A stretch of 42,837 bases of DNA from Dehalococcoidia bacterium (GCA_023271515.1 JALPXQ010000002.1:1-42837); one strand, 5' to 3'; counted from the first letter of the stretch, positions 8,843 through 18,063 are shown. Program-made: numbers and translations. The notes: a model not told the origin generated them from the sequence alone.

Positions 8843-9769
8843 TCATCTCTTTAAGTGCTGTTCCAAAAAGGCGCAGGTCTTGGCCCAGGCGTCATCTATT
8901 GCAAAGGCGTTTCCAGTTTTTGTGCCGCCAGCTCTAATGAATAAGAGGGAGAACAGATTCTTGAAAGAAAGACGAAGCCCACGCCTCCTGGTGCGACGTT
9001 CCTCCATCAGAACTTCCATTGTGCCGGGAGGGATATGTCCTGCATCCTCATAACTGAGGTGCTCAAACGGAAAAGGAAAGTTGTGCTGCGAAAGTCTCTC
9101 CACGATACGCTCGCACATCATACTCGACGGCCATAGGCCATCCTTTTTGCCTGAAATCAACAGGATGGGGCCATTGATTCTCTCTACGGGAATGATTGCA
9201 CGTTCCACTGCCTCCTGGTCCTGAAGACCGCCGAGATGATTTGCTAATGCTAACAAGAAGCCATGTCGCCACATAAGCCTGAAACTAGGTCTATAAGGTA
9301 CAAAGGGCAGAGGTTGGCCGTGAAGCGTCCAAGAGGATTTTTCAACTGGCGGGCCAAAGCGCCTAAAGTTTAAGCATTGAAACACGACATCGCTTGGCAC
9401 ATAAGCGACTACGGCCGATATCTCAGGATAGGTGGCACTCACTAACAAGGCGGCTTCTCCGCCCTTGGAAGTGCCAATCAACCCTATTCGCCTCGATTCA
9501 ACTGAAGGATTGGAAGCCATCCAGTCAATCGCCTGTTTGAAATACTCCAACGGTATCTCTTCGAGCTTCGGGGGCAGTTGTTCCACTCCAAAGTAAGCCA
9601 ATGCCAACGCCGCATATCCTTGTTCCGCAAGCAGTTTGGCTGTCGTCGAGTCTTTCCCACCCTCGGAACCGCCAAGCACAATGACGCCGGGATGTTTGCC
9701 GGCGGTGCCGGGCAGACAAAAGCTGGCAACCAAGCCGTTATCTCGAATTTCCATCACACTAACTCCCAT
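8843..9769 (-). CDS. BAAT/acyl-CoA thioesterase-like alpha/beta hydrolase
   Basis: VLGGSEGG, nucleophile GTSKGGE, ISGKKDGLWPS (Asp) and YEDAGH (His). Confidence 0.88.
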   Translation of the reverse strand: MGVSVMEIRDNGLVASFCLPGTAGKHPGVIVLGGSEGGKDSTTAKLLAEQGYAALALAYFGVEQLPPKLEEIPLEYFKQAIDWMASNPSVESRRIGLIGTSKGGEAALLVSATYPEISAVVAYVPSDVVFQCLNFRRFGPPVEKSSWTLHGQPLPFVPYRPSFRLMWRHGFLLALANHLGGLQDQEAVERAIIPVERINGPILLISGKKDGLWPSSMMCERIVERLSQHNFPFPFEHLSYEDAGHIPPGTMEVLMEERRTRRRGLRLSFKNLFSLLFIRAGGTKTGNAFAIDDAWAKTCAFLEQHLKR

Positions 9770-9885
9770 TGGTTTCTACCTCCCTGAAAGGTTCTTGCGC
9801 TAATGGCTTCGAAAGACTGTGCCTCATGGAGGCTTCTCCTTGCCTCGAAAATAGAATCTTCATGATTCGTTGGTGGACAGCAAGG

Positions 9886-9981
9886 TGTTCCACTCCAAAG
9901 TAAGCCAATACCAACGCCGCATATTCTTGTTCCGCAAGCAGTTTGGCTGTCGTCGAGTCTAGCCCACCCTCCGAATCGCCA
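9886..9981 (-). repeat. 96-bp diverged copy of the 5' part of the hydrolase gene (9579..9674)
   Basis: TGTTCCACTCCAAAGTAAGCCAAT...GTCGTCGAGTCT...CGCCA occurs at both 9579 and 9886 with only scattered substitutions. Confidence 0.9.
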
Positions 9982-10157
9982 CCACTGGACCATAGACTTT
10001 ACGCAGGCCATTGACTTGCACAACAGACATGACTTCACCTCCTGATTTTTTGTCCGGCGGAAATAAGCGGCCTTTCGCAGTATATGCCAGGTTGGCAAGC
10101 GCGCTGACCCAATTTGGGTGAGCACCGACGGTGCGACCGCATACGCCGCATTAAGGA

Positions 10158-10493
10158 CTAATCACCTGCCTCGGCGATCAACTTCTCCAGGGCCTGCAGA
10201 TGCGTCTCCAGGGCCTTCCGGCCATCCCGGGTCAGGCTATACCAGCTTGTCGGTTTCCGATCCCGAAACTCCTTCTTAACCACGAGGTAATCCTCGTCCT
10301 CCAACTTTCGCAGATGTGCCCCAAGGGCCCCGTCCGTTTCCTTGAGCAGAGCCTTGAGCCGGCTGAAGGTGATGGTATCGTTGCGGGCCAGGAGTACGCA
10401 GATCCCCAGCCTGGTGCGATGCTCGAGGAGTCTATTGAAGCCATTCACCCTGTCCCAGATGGGGCCGTCGGACTCACCTCGGTGACGTACCAC
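10158..10493 (-). CDS. Winged-HTH transcriptional regulator (MarR/ArsR-like, HTH_34 type)
   Basis: HRTRLGICVLL...FSRLK..L..TDGALGAHLRKLED..YL...K....KP.SWY.LT..GR. Confidence 0.88.
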   Translation of the reverse strand: MVRHRGESDGPIWDRVNGFNRLLEHRTRLGICVLLARNDTITFSRLKALLKETDGALGAHLRKLEDEDYLVVKKEFRDRKPTSWYSLTRDGRKALETHLQALEKLIAEAGD

Positions 10494-11043
10494 TCTTCCT
10501 CCTCCCTATCAGGCCGGTGCTTACCAGCGCCACCGCCACCAGAGCGCCGATGAAGGTCCAGCCATAGGCCGGGATAACGAAGAGGGCCAGGTAGCCCGCC
10601 ATCATCAGGATGCCGATCCAGAGAAGGGGCCGCTCCAGGTGAACGCCGGCCAGGAAGTAGGCCAGGCCTATGATAAGCAAGATGAGCTTGGACAGCTCTT
10701 GCCAGGCAACGGCGCCGGTCATCCCAAGGATAGACGCCAGGAAGATAACCGCCATCATCCCGAACATGTGTAGAAAGTAGCGGATTCCCAGATCTCGACG
10801 CATCTGGCCCTGCCGCTGGCTGTGGCGCCACCCCAGAAAGCAGCTCACTAAGAAGCCTAGCGGAGCAGCAATACTCCAGTACAGACCTACGTGCCGCGGA
10901 GCGAAGTCAATCAGGGAGAAGCCCACCAGGCAGATCCCTGCCCAGAGGAAACTGATTGCCGGTACGGATGGGTCTTGCTCCGATGCCCGAACCACTTCTC
11001 GAACGTAGCCAAGATCGGATTTTACCTGTTCCATGTCCGCCAT
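10474..11043 (-). CDS. Multi-pass membrane protein co-transcribed with the HTH regulator
   Basis: About 6 TM segments. RBS AGGAGG precedes ATG11043 (MADMEQ). Overlaps the regulator start. Confidence 0.8.
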   Translation of the reverse strand: MADMEQVKSDLGYVREVVRASEQDPSVPAISFLWAGICLVGFSLIDFAPRHVGLYWSIAAPLGFLVSCFLGWRHSQRQGQMRRDLGIRYFLHMFGMMAVIFLASILGMTGAVAWQELSKLILLIIGLAYFLAGVHLERPLLWIGILMMAGYLALFVIPAYGWTFIGALVAVALVSTGLIGRRKSGTSPR

Positions 11044-11060
11044 TCCTAGCCTCCTGTTTC

Positions 11061-11102
11061 TAGAGTACTCTAAAGTATACAGCACTGTGCAGAGTTTGTC
11101 AA
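11061..11102 (-). promoter_or_regulatory. Sigma70 promoter with overlapping palindromic operator
   Basis: TTGACA(11102-11097)-N17-TATACT(11079-11074). Perfect palindrome TAGAGTACTCTA at 11061-11072 covers the likely start site. Confidence 0.7.
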
Positions 11103-11194
11103 GCCCCCGACTGAACCCCTTAATTCGTGGATCAGACTTCAAGTCCAGGTTATAGTATCTGGCAAAAAACACTATGGGAAAATTGTTACTGTTC

Positions 11195-11438
11195 ACCGCA
11201 GAGAGCGTCGAGAGCGCTGAGATTCTTGATATGTAGGCGTTCAGCGGTCAGCAATCAGTTCTGAGTTTGGAGTTACGGGTTTAGAGTTATGAGGTCCTCG
11301 GAACTCAATACTCTGAACTCACTCGGCTGACGGCTCAAGCTGATGCTTACGTCGTTCATCCGTAAGGTGCTGAACGCTGATGGCTGAACGCTTACCTTGA
11401 CATTAAGATTTCTCTGTGTTCTCTGCGTGCTCGGCGGT
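11195..11438. repeat. Imperfect inverted repeat with 9-bp periodicity (REP-like), interrupted by a MITE
   Basis: Left arm ACCGCAGAGAGCGTCGAGAGCGCTGAGA (11195-11222) versus the reverse complement of 11411-11438: 20/28 identical. Confidence 0.6.
11233..11395. mobile_element. 163-bp MITE-like element with IS66-type ends
   Basis: TIR GTAGGCGTTCAGC...GCTGAACGCTTAC. Flanks CTTGATAT / CTTGACAT match 7/8. Internal heptamer-periodic inverted arms. Confidence 0.72.
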
Positions 11439-11446
11439 TATCGCTA

Positions 11447-12565
11447 TCACTGAACATAAAACCGCTTTAGCAGCCATAGCAGAATAAACCCTATAACCAA
11501 TAATACCCCGATGGTCTTATTCCCCAGAAATATCTTATTGCCATCCAACATAGGAATGGGAATCAGATTGAAACCACCAATGGAAAAGTTTGTCCAGAGC
11601 CCGACTGTGCCCAGCGCTTCCAGCCACCCCCTATCTCCCCAGTGTGTTAGACCTAGAAAGCAGAAGGCCAATACCAGGCTAACCACGGGGCCTGCAACAT
11701 AAATCAAGCCCATCTCTCTGAGGTTCTTATTATAGGGCCAATCCTTTTGCTTGATATAGGTTGAGCCATAGGTCGGATAATGGACACCAACCAATAAAGA
11801 GAATGGAGCACTGAAGAGCAGTCCCAATTCGTTAGCCTTGAATACCGTCTTAAGTCCAAAGAGGCGAGCAATGAGCTTATGGGCAAGTTCATGGGCGAAT
11901 ATGCTTATGCTGACAACACCCAAGGCAAAGGGGATGGAGGTGAGTACAGGTGCGTCATATCTAAGTCCAACAATCCAGGCGACAAAACTGAAGCCGAGCC
12001 AGGCGAGAAGGAAATGCCAGCGCTCCCCGATCTCTTCCACTAACTGGCCCTCGTTGACCGTCTTTCGCACTATAAAATGTCCTGGCGCAATGAAGTAGCT
12101 AACGATCCACCATAACGAAATGATCCTCCATCCGAAAACCTTAAATTGCCTATCGAATTCAAACGGCATGAAGCCCCTATGGAAGAACATATTCCACGAT
12201 GGGGAATTGTAGCGATCGATGAGGGCATAGAGCGTTTTGCAGCCTTCCTCTTGAAAATAGGAGAGGACGGCATCCAACAGGGCTTTGCCGGCCCCCTTGC
12301 CCTGAACGTTGCGGTCAACGAATATCCAATCGACCATGCCTATCCTTTCGCCGGCAATTCTGGCAACCCGTGGAACAACGCAGCCTACAACCCTCTCCCC
12401 ATCAACAGCAGCCAGCGCATTGGCCTTGCCCCTTTTGTAAGATAAATAGGCAAAATAACGCTCCGGGGCTCCCAGTGTTTTGGCAACTTCCGAGACCGCT
12501 CTGTCGTCATCCGGCTGGATTTTTCGTATAGTGATTGCCTGGTTCATTAACTTCATGAGTAGCAT
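11447..12565 (-). CDS. GNAT acetyltransferase fused to an M50 (site-2 protease-like) membrane metalloprotease domain
   Basis: N-terminal WIFVDRNVQGKGAGKALL (acetyl-CoA motif A) and NSPSWNMF. C-terminal AHELAHK (HExxH), AGPVVS and FNLIPIPMLDG. Exact start Met uncertain. Confidence 0.82.
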   Translation of the reverse strand: MLLMKLMNQAITIRKIQPDDDRAVSEVAKTLGAPERYFAYLSYKRGKANALAAVDGERVVGCVVPRVARIAGERIGMVDWIFVDRNVQGKGAGKALLDAVLSYFQEEGCKTLYALIDRYNSPSWNMFFHRGFMPFEFDRQFKVFGWRIISLWWIVSYFIAPGHFIVRKTVNEGQLVEEIGERWHFLLAWLGFSFVAWIVGLRYDAPVLTSIPFALGVVSISIFAHELAHKLIARLFGLKTVFKANELGLLFSAPFSLLVGVHYPTYGSTYIKQKDWPYNKNLREMGLIYVAGPVVSLVLAFCFLGLTHWGDRGWLEALGTVGLWTNFSIGGFNLIPIPMLDGNKIFLGNKTIGVLLVIGFILLWLLKRFYVQ

Positions 12566-12691
12566 AGCTTGTGCAAAAGCACAATCCCTACTATACTAAG
12601 TAAGAGCCAAGATCACAAGATCGGCACTTTGGGTGGCTAGTAATTGCCGGGGGAATTGTTAGAAAACATCCAATAGAAAGGAGTTACTCAG

Positions 12692-13840
12692 ATGAAACTG
12701 GAAGATATCAAAAAGATAGCGGTTCTGGGTGCGGGTGATATGGGGCATGGGATAGCCGAGGTTGCGCTGCTTGCCGGCTATAGGGTGGCCCTGAGGGACA
12801 TCGAGCAGCGATTTGTGGATAACGGCCTTCAGAAAATCGGGGAGAGCCTGGCAAGGCTTGCGCGGAAGAAAAGGATCACTGAAGAGGACAGGAAAGCGAT
12901 GATGGGCAAGCTTCAATCCTTTGTTGATTTGGAAGATGCGGTCAACGATGCCGATTTTATCATCGAGGCAGCTCCTGAAATAATGGATGTGAAGAAGGCA
13001 GTGTTCCAGGAAGTGGACAAATCGGCGCCGGAGCATGCCGTGCTGGCTTCAAATACCTCCACTATGAGTATAACGGAGATAGCATCAGTCACCCGCAGGC
13101 CGGAAAAGGTCGTGGGGATGCATTTCTTTAACCCTGCTGCTGTGATGAAACTTGTTGAAGTCATCAAGGGAGATCAGACGAGCGAGGAGACCATGCAGTT
13201 GACCCACGACCTGGCAACAAGAATGAACAAGCTTCCGGTCAGAGTAGAGAAGGACTCTGTCGGCTTCATTTGCAACAGGATTGGAGCGTCATGTTCAATT
13301 CTGCTCGGTGCCATAGTGGATCGGGGCATAGCCGCGCCTGAGGAAATCGATGCCAGGCTGAAGCAAATGGGGATGCCCATGGGGCCTTATGAGCTGATGG
13401 ACTATGTGGGACTGGATATCGTCTACCATAGCTTGCTCTACGTCGCCGAGAGGCTGTCCTCGGAGTATGGCCCTCCCAAATGGCTCCAGGAGAAGATCGA
13501 GGCCAGAGATCTGGGAAAAAAGACGGGGAAGGGGATCTACGACTGGTCCAGGGGAAGGCCAGCGATAGACCTGGCCAGGGCAAAGGAGGACTTTGATGCG
13601 ACCGACTTGATCGCCATACAGGTCAATGAGGCGACAAAACTGCTCGAGGAGGGGGTTGTAAAGAGTCCGAATGATATCGACAAAGCGATGATCCACGGAG
13701 GAAGAGCAGCATCCGGCCCGTTCCAGCTTGCCCGGGGAATAGGATATGACAAGCTGGCCGCCCGCTGTGAAGAGCTCGCAAGAGAGTACGGCGTAGCGGC
13801 ATTCAAACCAACGGAGACCTTGAAAAAAGGCAACATTTGA
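12692..13840 (+). CDS. 3-hydroxyacyl-CoA dehydrogenase (two C-terminal domains)
   Basis: GAGDMGHGIA Rossmann motif, EAAPE, SNTST, GMHFFNP, MGPYELMDYVGLD. RBS AAGGAG. Confidence 0.93.
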   Translation: MKLEDIKKIAVLGAGDMGHGIAEVALLAGYRVALRDIEQRFVDNGLQKIGESLARLARKKRITEEDRKAMMGKLQSFVDLEDAVNDADFIIEAAPEIMDVKKAVFQEVDKSAPEHAVLASNTSTMSITEIASVTRRPEKVVGMHFFNPAAVMKLVEVIKGDQTSEETMQLTHDLATRMNKLPVRVEKDSVGFICNRIGASCSILLGAIVDRGIAAPEEIDARLKQMGMPMGPYELMDYVGLDIVYHSLLYVAERLSSEYGPPKWLQEKIEARDLGKKTGKGIYDWSRGRPAIDLARAKEDFDATDLIAIQVNEATKLLEEGVVKSPNDIDKAMIHGGRAASGPFQLARGIGYDKLAARCEELAREYGVAAFKPTETLKKGNI

Positions 13841-13989
13841 GGATACTCGGCCTTCATGTCGAACGATCAGGTCCGGCAGAAGGCAGATTGGTGATGGGAG
13901 AGGGGCTCGTCAAAGAACCTCCCAGGGACACAATACCTATTCCTGAACCTCTTGGAAGAAATAGGTATTATGTCCCCAGAAATACACAT

Positions 13990-15336
13990 CTATACCTTCG
14001 GCACTTTGGAGAGGGCCTCTTCCACCTTCTCCCTGGGATACTCGTAATCGATGAGTTTGCCTGTGAGATATGCCTCGTAGGACGCCAGATCGAAGTGGCC
14101 GTGTCCGCTCAAGGCCAGGAGAATGGTCCTGGCCTCTCCAGACTCCTTACACTTCAGGGCCTCATCGATGACCACTTTGACGGCATGGGCCGGTTCCGGT
14201 GCGGGAACGATGCCCTCCGTGCGAGCGAATTGCACCGCGCTCCGGAAAACGGCCACCTGATGCTCCGCTCTGGCCTCGATCAACCCCAGTCGGTTAAGAT
14301 GGCAGATAATCGGCGCCATTCCGTGGTATCGCAGTCCGCCGGCATGGACCGGCGGGGGAACGAAGGTGTGTCCTAGAGTGAACATCTTGATCAGAGGGGT
14401 AAGCCCGGCCACATCGCCAAAGTCATATATATCGGGTCCCTTGGTCAGGGTAGGGCAGGCCTCCGGTTCAACGGCGATTATCTGAATCCTCTTCCCCTTC
14501 AACTTATCCGGTATGAAGGGGAGGATCACGCCGGCGAAGTTACTGCCACCGCCGATGCAGCCGGCGATGATATCGGGATAGACACCGGCCTTCTCCATTT
14601 GCGTCTTCACCTCAAGCCCGACCACGGTTTGGTGCATCAGCACGTGATTGAGCACGCTTCCCAGAGAATAGTAGGTGTCGTCCCGGTGCATGGCGTCTTC
14701 GACTGCCTCGCTGATGGCGATCCCCAGGCTGCCGGGCGAATCGGGGTTCTCGGACAGGATGTCGCGACCCGCCTGAGTATCCGTGCTGGGACTGGGAACG
14801 CATGTGGCCCCAAATGTCTCCATCAAGATGCGGCGATAGGGCTTCTGGTTATAGCTAACCCTCACCATGTAGACCTTGCACTCCAGGCCGATGAAGCTAC
14901 AACCTATGGCCAGGGCACTGCCCCACTGGCCGGCGCCGGTCTCGGTGGCGAGCCGTTTGACCCCATCCTGCCGGGCATAATAGGCTTGAACGACGGAGGT
15001 ATTGAGTTTGTGACTGCCGGCCGGGCTGACGCCCTCATACTTGTAGAATATCCTCGCCGGCGTGTCCAGGGCCTTCTCCAGGCGATGAGCCCGGTATAGG
15101 GGGGTCGGCCGCCACATGTGGAGGATTTGCTGCAACTCCTCGGGTATCTCGATGAAGCGCTCGGTGCTGAACTCCTGTTTAATCAGCTCTGAGGCAAACA
15201 GCGGGGGCGGCAGAATTGTGGGCTCGTGGGTGCCCGGGTGCAGTAGCGGTGGCAACGGCTGTGGCAGATCCGCCTGTACGTTGTACCAGGAAGTGGGCAT
15301 CTCTTCTTCAGATAGAGTGAACTTGGTCGTTTTCAT
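13990..15336 (-). CDS. trpB2: Tryptophan synthase beta chain 2 (TrpB2)
   Basis: WRPTPL, GSHKLN (PLP Lys), [33 protein letters not shown] and LSGHG. RBS AGGAGG. Confidence 0.95.
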   Translation of the reverse strand: MKTTKFTLSEEEMPTSWYNVQADLPQPLPPLLHPGTHEPTILPPPLFASELIKQEFSTERFIEIPEELQQILHMWRPTPLYRAHRLEKALDTPARIFYKYEGVSPAGSHKLNTSVVQAYYARQDGVKRLATETGAGQWGSALAIGCSFIGLECKVYMVRVSYNQKPYRRILMETFGATCVPSPSTDTQAGRDILSENPDSPGSLGIAISEAVEDAMHRDDTYYSLGSVLNHVLMHQTVVGLEVKTQMEKAGVYPDIIAGCIGGGSNFAGVILPFIPDKLKGKRIQIIAVEPEACPTLTKGPDIYDFGDVAGLTPLIKMFTLGHTFVPPPVHAGGLRYHGMAPIICHLNRLGLIEARAEHQVAVFRSAVQFARTEGIVPAPEPAHAVKVVIDEALKCKESGEARTILLALSGHGHFDLASYEAYLTGKLIDYEYPREKVEEALSKVPKV

Positions 15337-15401
15337 TTCTCCTCCTTTTGTTGATTTCGTTCGGATCTCCGGGTGTTGCAGACTGCCTCATCTATCACCT
15401 C

Positions 15402-15596
15402 CTAATTTGTTTGTACGGCTTCCCTTAATCTCCCGACAAAAGCTCGCAGTTTTGCCAGTGACGCATCCTCCTCTATCAGCTGTATAATGCGACTGCCCAC
15501 GATGATACCGTCGGCCACGCTGCTCACTCGCCTGGCCTGCTCCGGGGTCGATATCCCGAATCCCACGCACAGCGGCCGGCGAGTCCTCCGCCTGAT
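15402..15596 (-). pseudogene. trpA: Tryptophan synthase alpha, C-terminal fragment
   Basis: Minus frame reads IRRRTRRPLCVGFGISTPEQARRVSSVADGIIVGSRII...QTN*. The N-terminal part of the gene is missing. Confidence 0.9.
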
Positions 15597-16201
15597 ATTT
15601 TTCTCGCTGGATCGGGACTGCTGACCAGCGCTTCGCCAACCAGAATGGCGTCAACTCCGACATCTCCAAGTTTCACCACATCATCCCTGGTGTGAATGCC
15701 ACTCTCGCTCACTACTAGTCCTGGAACAAGAGGGCGCAATTCCAGCGTCGTCTCCAGGCTGACGCTGAAGTCGGCCAGGTTCCGATTGTTTATCCCGATG
15801 ATCTCTGGATCAATTGCCAACGCCTGCTCTAGCTCCTCTCGATCATGGATCTCTACGAGTGCCGTCATGCCCAGCGAGTGAGTCGTCTCCAGCAGACTCC
15901 GCAATTCCACCGGCGAAAGGATGCCGACGATGAGCAAGACCGTATCGGCACCGTGCGCCCTGGCCTCATATACCTGGTACGGGTCGAGGATGAAATCCTT
16001 GCGCGGAATCGGCAAACCGACCGCTGCTCGAACCGATTCCAGATCAGTCAGACTGCCCCAGAAATACTCGCTCTCCGTTAGCACTGAAACGGCCGCCGCA
16101 CCGGCCTCTTCATACGTGCGGGCAAAAGCAGCGGCGTCGATGTTCGGTGCGAGCAGTCCCTTTGATGGTGAGGCTCGTTTCACCTCGGCGATCAATTTGA
16201 G
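15596..16201 (-). pseudogene. trpC: Indole-3-glycerol phosphate synthase core lacking its N-terminus, fused in frame to trpE remnants
   Basis: IAEVKRASPSKG, SVLTE..YF.GS, RKDFI, LVEIH, GINNRNL, SESGI and LVGEAL within ORF 15524..16507. Confidence 0.85.
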
Positions 16202-16673
16202 AAAGGAGGCTCGGAGCAGGGAGAAGGCATCCTCGCCGGGATTGAGTCTCCCTTCTACCGCCGAGACGATGTGGCTTACATGGGAGTATTTTTCAACCCC
16301 CATCAGCTCTGGCACCTTCACCGTGCCGTACCGGCAAACACGCGATATAGCCTTATGGTATGCTGCATCGACATCGTCATCCACATAGGCATTGGCGATG
16401 ATCTTCATCTTGTGTTGCACATGGTCGAAAGCGAGCATAGTATCAGCGAAGAGGAAGAAGCAATCCGGAAGATCGAGTTCATCATGGGAGCACTGCGGCA
16501 GCTCCACGCTCCACGCTTTCCAGAAGGAAGGTTGGCGGCGACTGACCGAGCTTGAGGAAGACAGACACCGGCGTATCCAGATCGGCAGGGAGCTCCCGGC
16601 AGATCGGGGTCAGTCCTCCTTTCCTGGCTTTTTGCCGAAAGAGTTTTGAATCAGGGAAATATTTACCGGCCAT
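16202..16673 (-). pseudogene. trpE: Anthranilate synthase component I, multiply deleted
   Basis: Three non-contiguous TrpE blocks: ELPADLDTPVSVFLKL..FLLESVE; LPDCFFLFADTMLAFDHV; VCRYGTVKVPELMGVEKYSHVSHIVSAVEG..LRASF. One frameshift near 16505. Confidence 0.9.
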
Positions 16674-16679
16674 CGTGCC

Positions 16680-16975
16680 CCAAAAAAACCTCCGCCCCAA
16701 AGGGGCGGAGGTCAATCCGCGGTGCCACCCTTGTTGACCAACACGCTTACAGCATTGGCCATCTTATTCGGGTACGGCCTTCTAATTTGGCGATACCCTG
16801 GGCTCTGATAACGGTGCCCTCTCCGTCAAAGCCTACTCTCCCTGCGTGTCAGGGTTTCGGTTTGCAGCTCCCAGGTCCATTCTTCCTCTGCCTTAGCGCC
16901 GGGCTCTCACCTTGCCCCGGCTCTCTGTAGCTCGCCTCGAGGGGTACTACTCCTGTTCACAGCCTTTGGTGCGTT
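16680..16975 (-). ncRNA. T-box riboswitch (Trp specifier)
   Basis: Stem I with AGAGA and GGTGAGA motifs; specifier GAA-UGG-A (UGG at 16879-16877). T-box AAGGGUGGCACCGCGG (16732-16717). Terminator CUCCGCCCC-UUU-GGGGCGGAG followed by a U7 tract. Confidence 0.92.
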
Positions 16976-16991
16976 ATTCAGTTGTGAGCCT

Positions 16992-17020
16992 AGTATAGCA
17001 TGGGATCAATTATTTGTCAA
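16992..17020 (-). promoter_or_regulatory. Sigma70 promoter of the trp leader
   Basis: TTGACA-N17-TATACT immediately upstream of the T-box. Confidence 0.8.
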
Positions 17021-17046
17021 GCGATCGCCCCGGGCTCATCTAACAG

Positions 17047-18063
17047 CTATGCAATTACGATTGGCTCCTCCCCCTCCACCACCCCCCCGATTATCCTTGC
17101 CTCAGGTAAGGCAGCTAACAGCTCATCGACATCGCCTGGGGAGCAGAAGAGCGCCATCCCGATTCCCATATTGAATACCCGGTACATCTCCTGTTCATCG
17201 ATATCGCCCTGTTTTTGAATCACCTCGAAGATGGGCGGAATATCCCAACTCCCTTTTCTCAGGTGTGCCGCAAGCCCCCAGGGGAAAAGTCGCGGAATGT
17301 TATCCAGGAGCCCGCCCCCGGTGATGTGCGCCAGCCCCTTTATTCTGGGAAGCAGTGACCTCAGTTGGTGATAATAACTGCGATGAGGCTTGAGCAGCTC
17401 CTCACCCAGTGTGCACCCAAGATCGGGATAGAAAACGCTGAGCGCGGAGCGCTCGATGTTAAATATTTTCCGCACCAGAGAATATCCGTTGGTGTGCAGC
17501 CCGCTCGAGGGCAGCCCGATGATGGCGTCGCCTGCCCTGATCGACCTGCCGTCGATGATCCTGCCCTTCTCCACCACTCCCACAATGAAGCCCACCAGGT
17601 CATAGTCACCCTCAGCGTACAGTCCGGGCATCTCGGCGGTCTCACCCCCGATGAGGGCGCAATCTACTTCACGACATGCCTCTGCCAGTCCTTTGACAAT
17701 GTCGCTCACCTGTTCCGGAAAGAGTCTGCCCACTCCGATGTAATCCAGAAAAAATAGCGGTTTAGCGCCGCAGGTCAGGATATCATTCACGCAGTGACTG
17801 ACCAGGTCAATGCCAATGGTGTCGTGTTTGTCGAGCGTCGCTGCGATCTTGAGCTTGGTGCCCACACCGTCGGCGCTGGAGACTAGAACGGGCTCTTCGT
17901 AGCCCTTGAGCTCAAAGAGTCCGCCGAAGAATCCGAGGTCGCCAAGTACTTCGGGGCGTAGAGTGGAGTGGGCGTGCTTCTTGATCAGCTCCAGCGCCCG
18001 GCCAGCAGCACCGATGTCAACGCCGGCGGCCGCATAGCTGACTTTATCCCTCTGTCCTGTCAT
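17047..18063 (-). CDS. purM: Phosphoribosylformylglycinamidine cyclo-ligase
   Basis: YAAAGVD, DGVGTK, GGETAEMPG, SSGLHTNGYS, HITGGG and FNMGIG. Start taken at MTGQR. Confidence 0.96.
   Translation of the reverse strand: MTGQRDKVSYAAAGVDIGAAGRALELIKKHAHSTLRPEVLGDLGFFGGLFELKGYEEPVLVSSADGVGTKLKIAATLDKHDTIGIDLVSHCVNDILTCGAKPLFFLDYIGVGRLFPEQVSDIVKGLAEACREVDCALIGGETAEMPGLYAEGDYDLVGFIVGVVEKGRIIDGRSIRAGDAIIGLPSSGLHTNGYSLVRKIFNIERSALSVFYPDLGCTLGEELLKPHRSYYHQLRSLLPRIKGLAHITGGGLLDNIPRLFPWGLAAHLRKGSWDIPPIFEVIQKQGDIDEQEMYRVFNMGIGMALFCSPGDVDELLAALPEARIIGGVVEGEEPIVIA

Noticed and set aside
9754-10125. 123-aa CDS upstream of the hydrolase
   Set aside because: It reads the 96-bp duplicate out of frame and has no family motifs.
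15524-16507. Novel functional TrpE-TrpC fusion enzyme
   Set aside because: The TrpE portion is non-contiguous scraps lacking most of the catalytic domain, and the ORF has no convincing RBS. It is better explained as deletion debris, though residual TrpC activity is not excluded.
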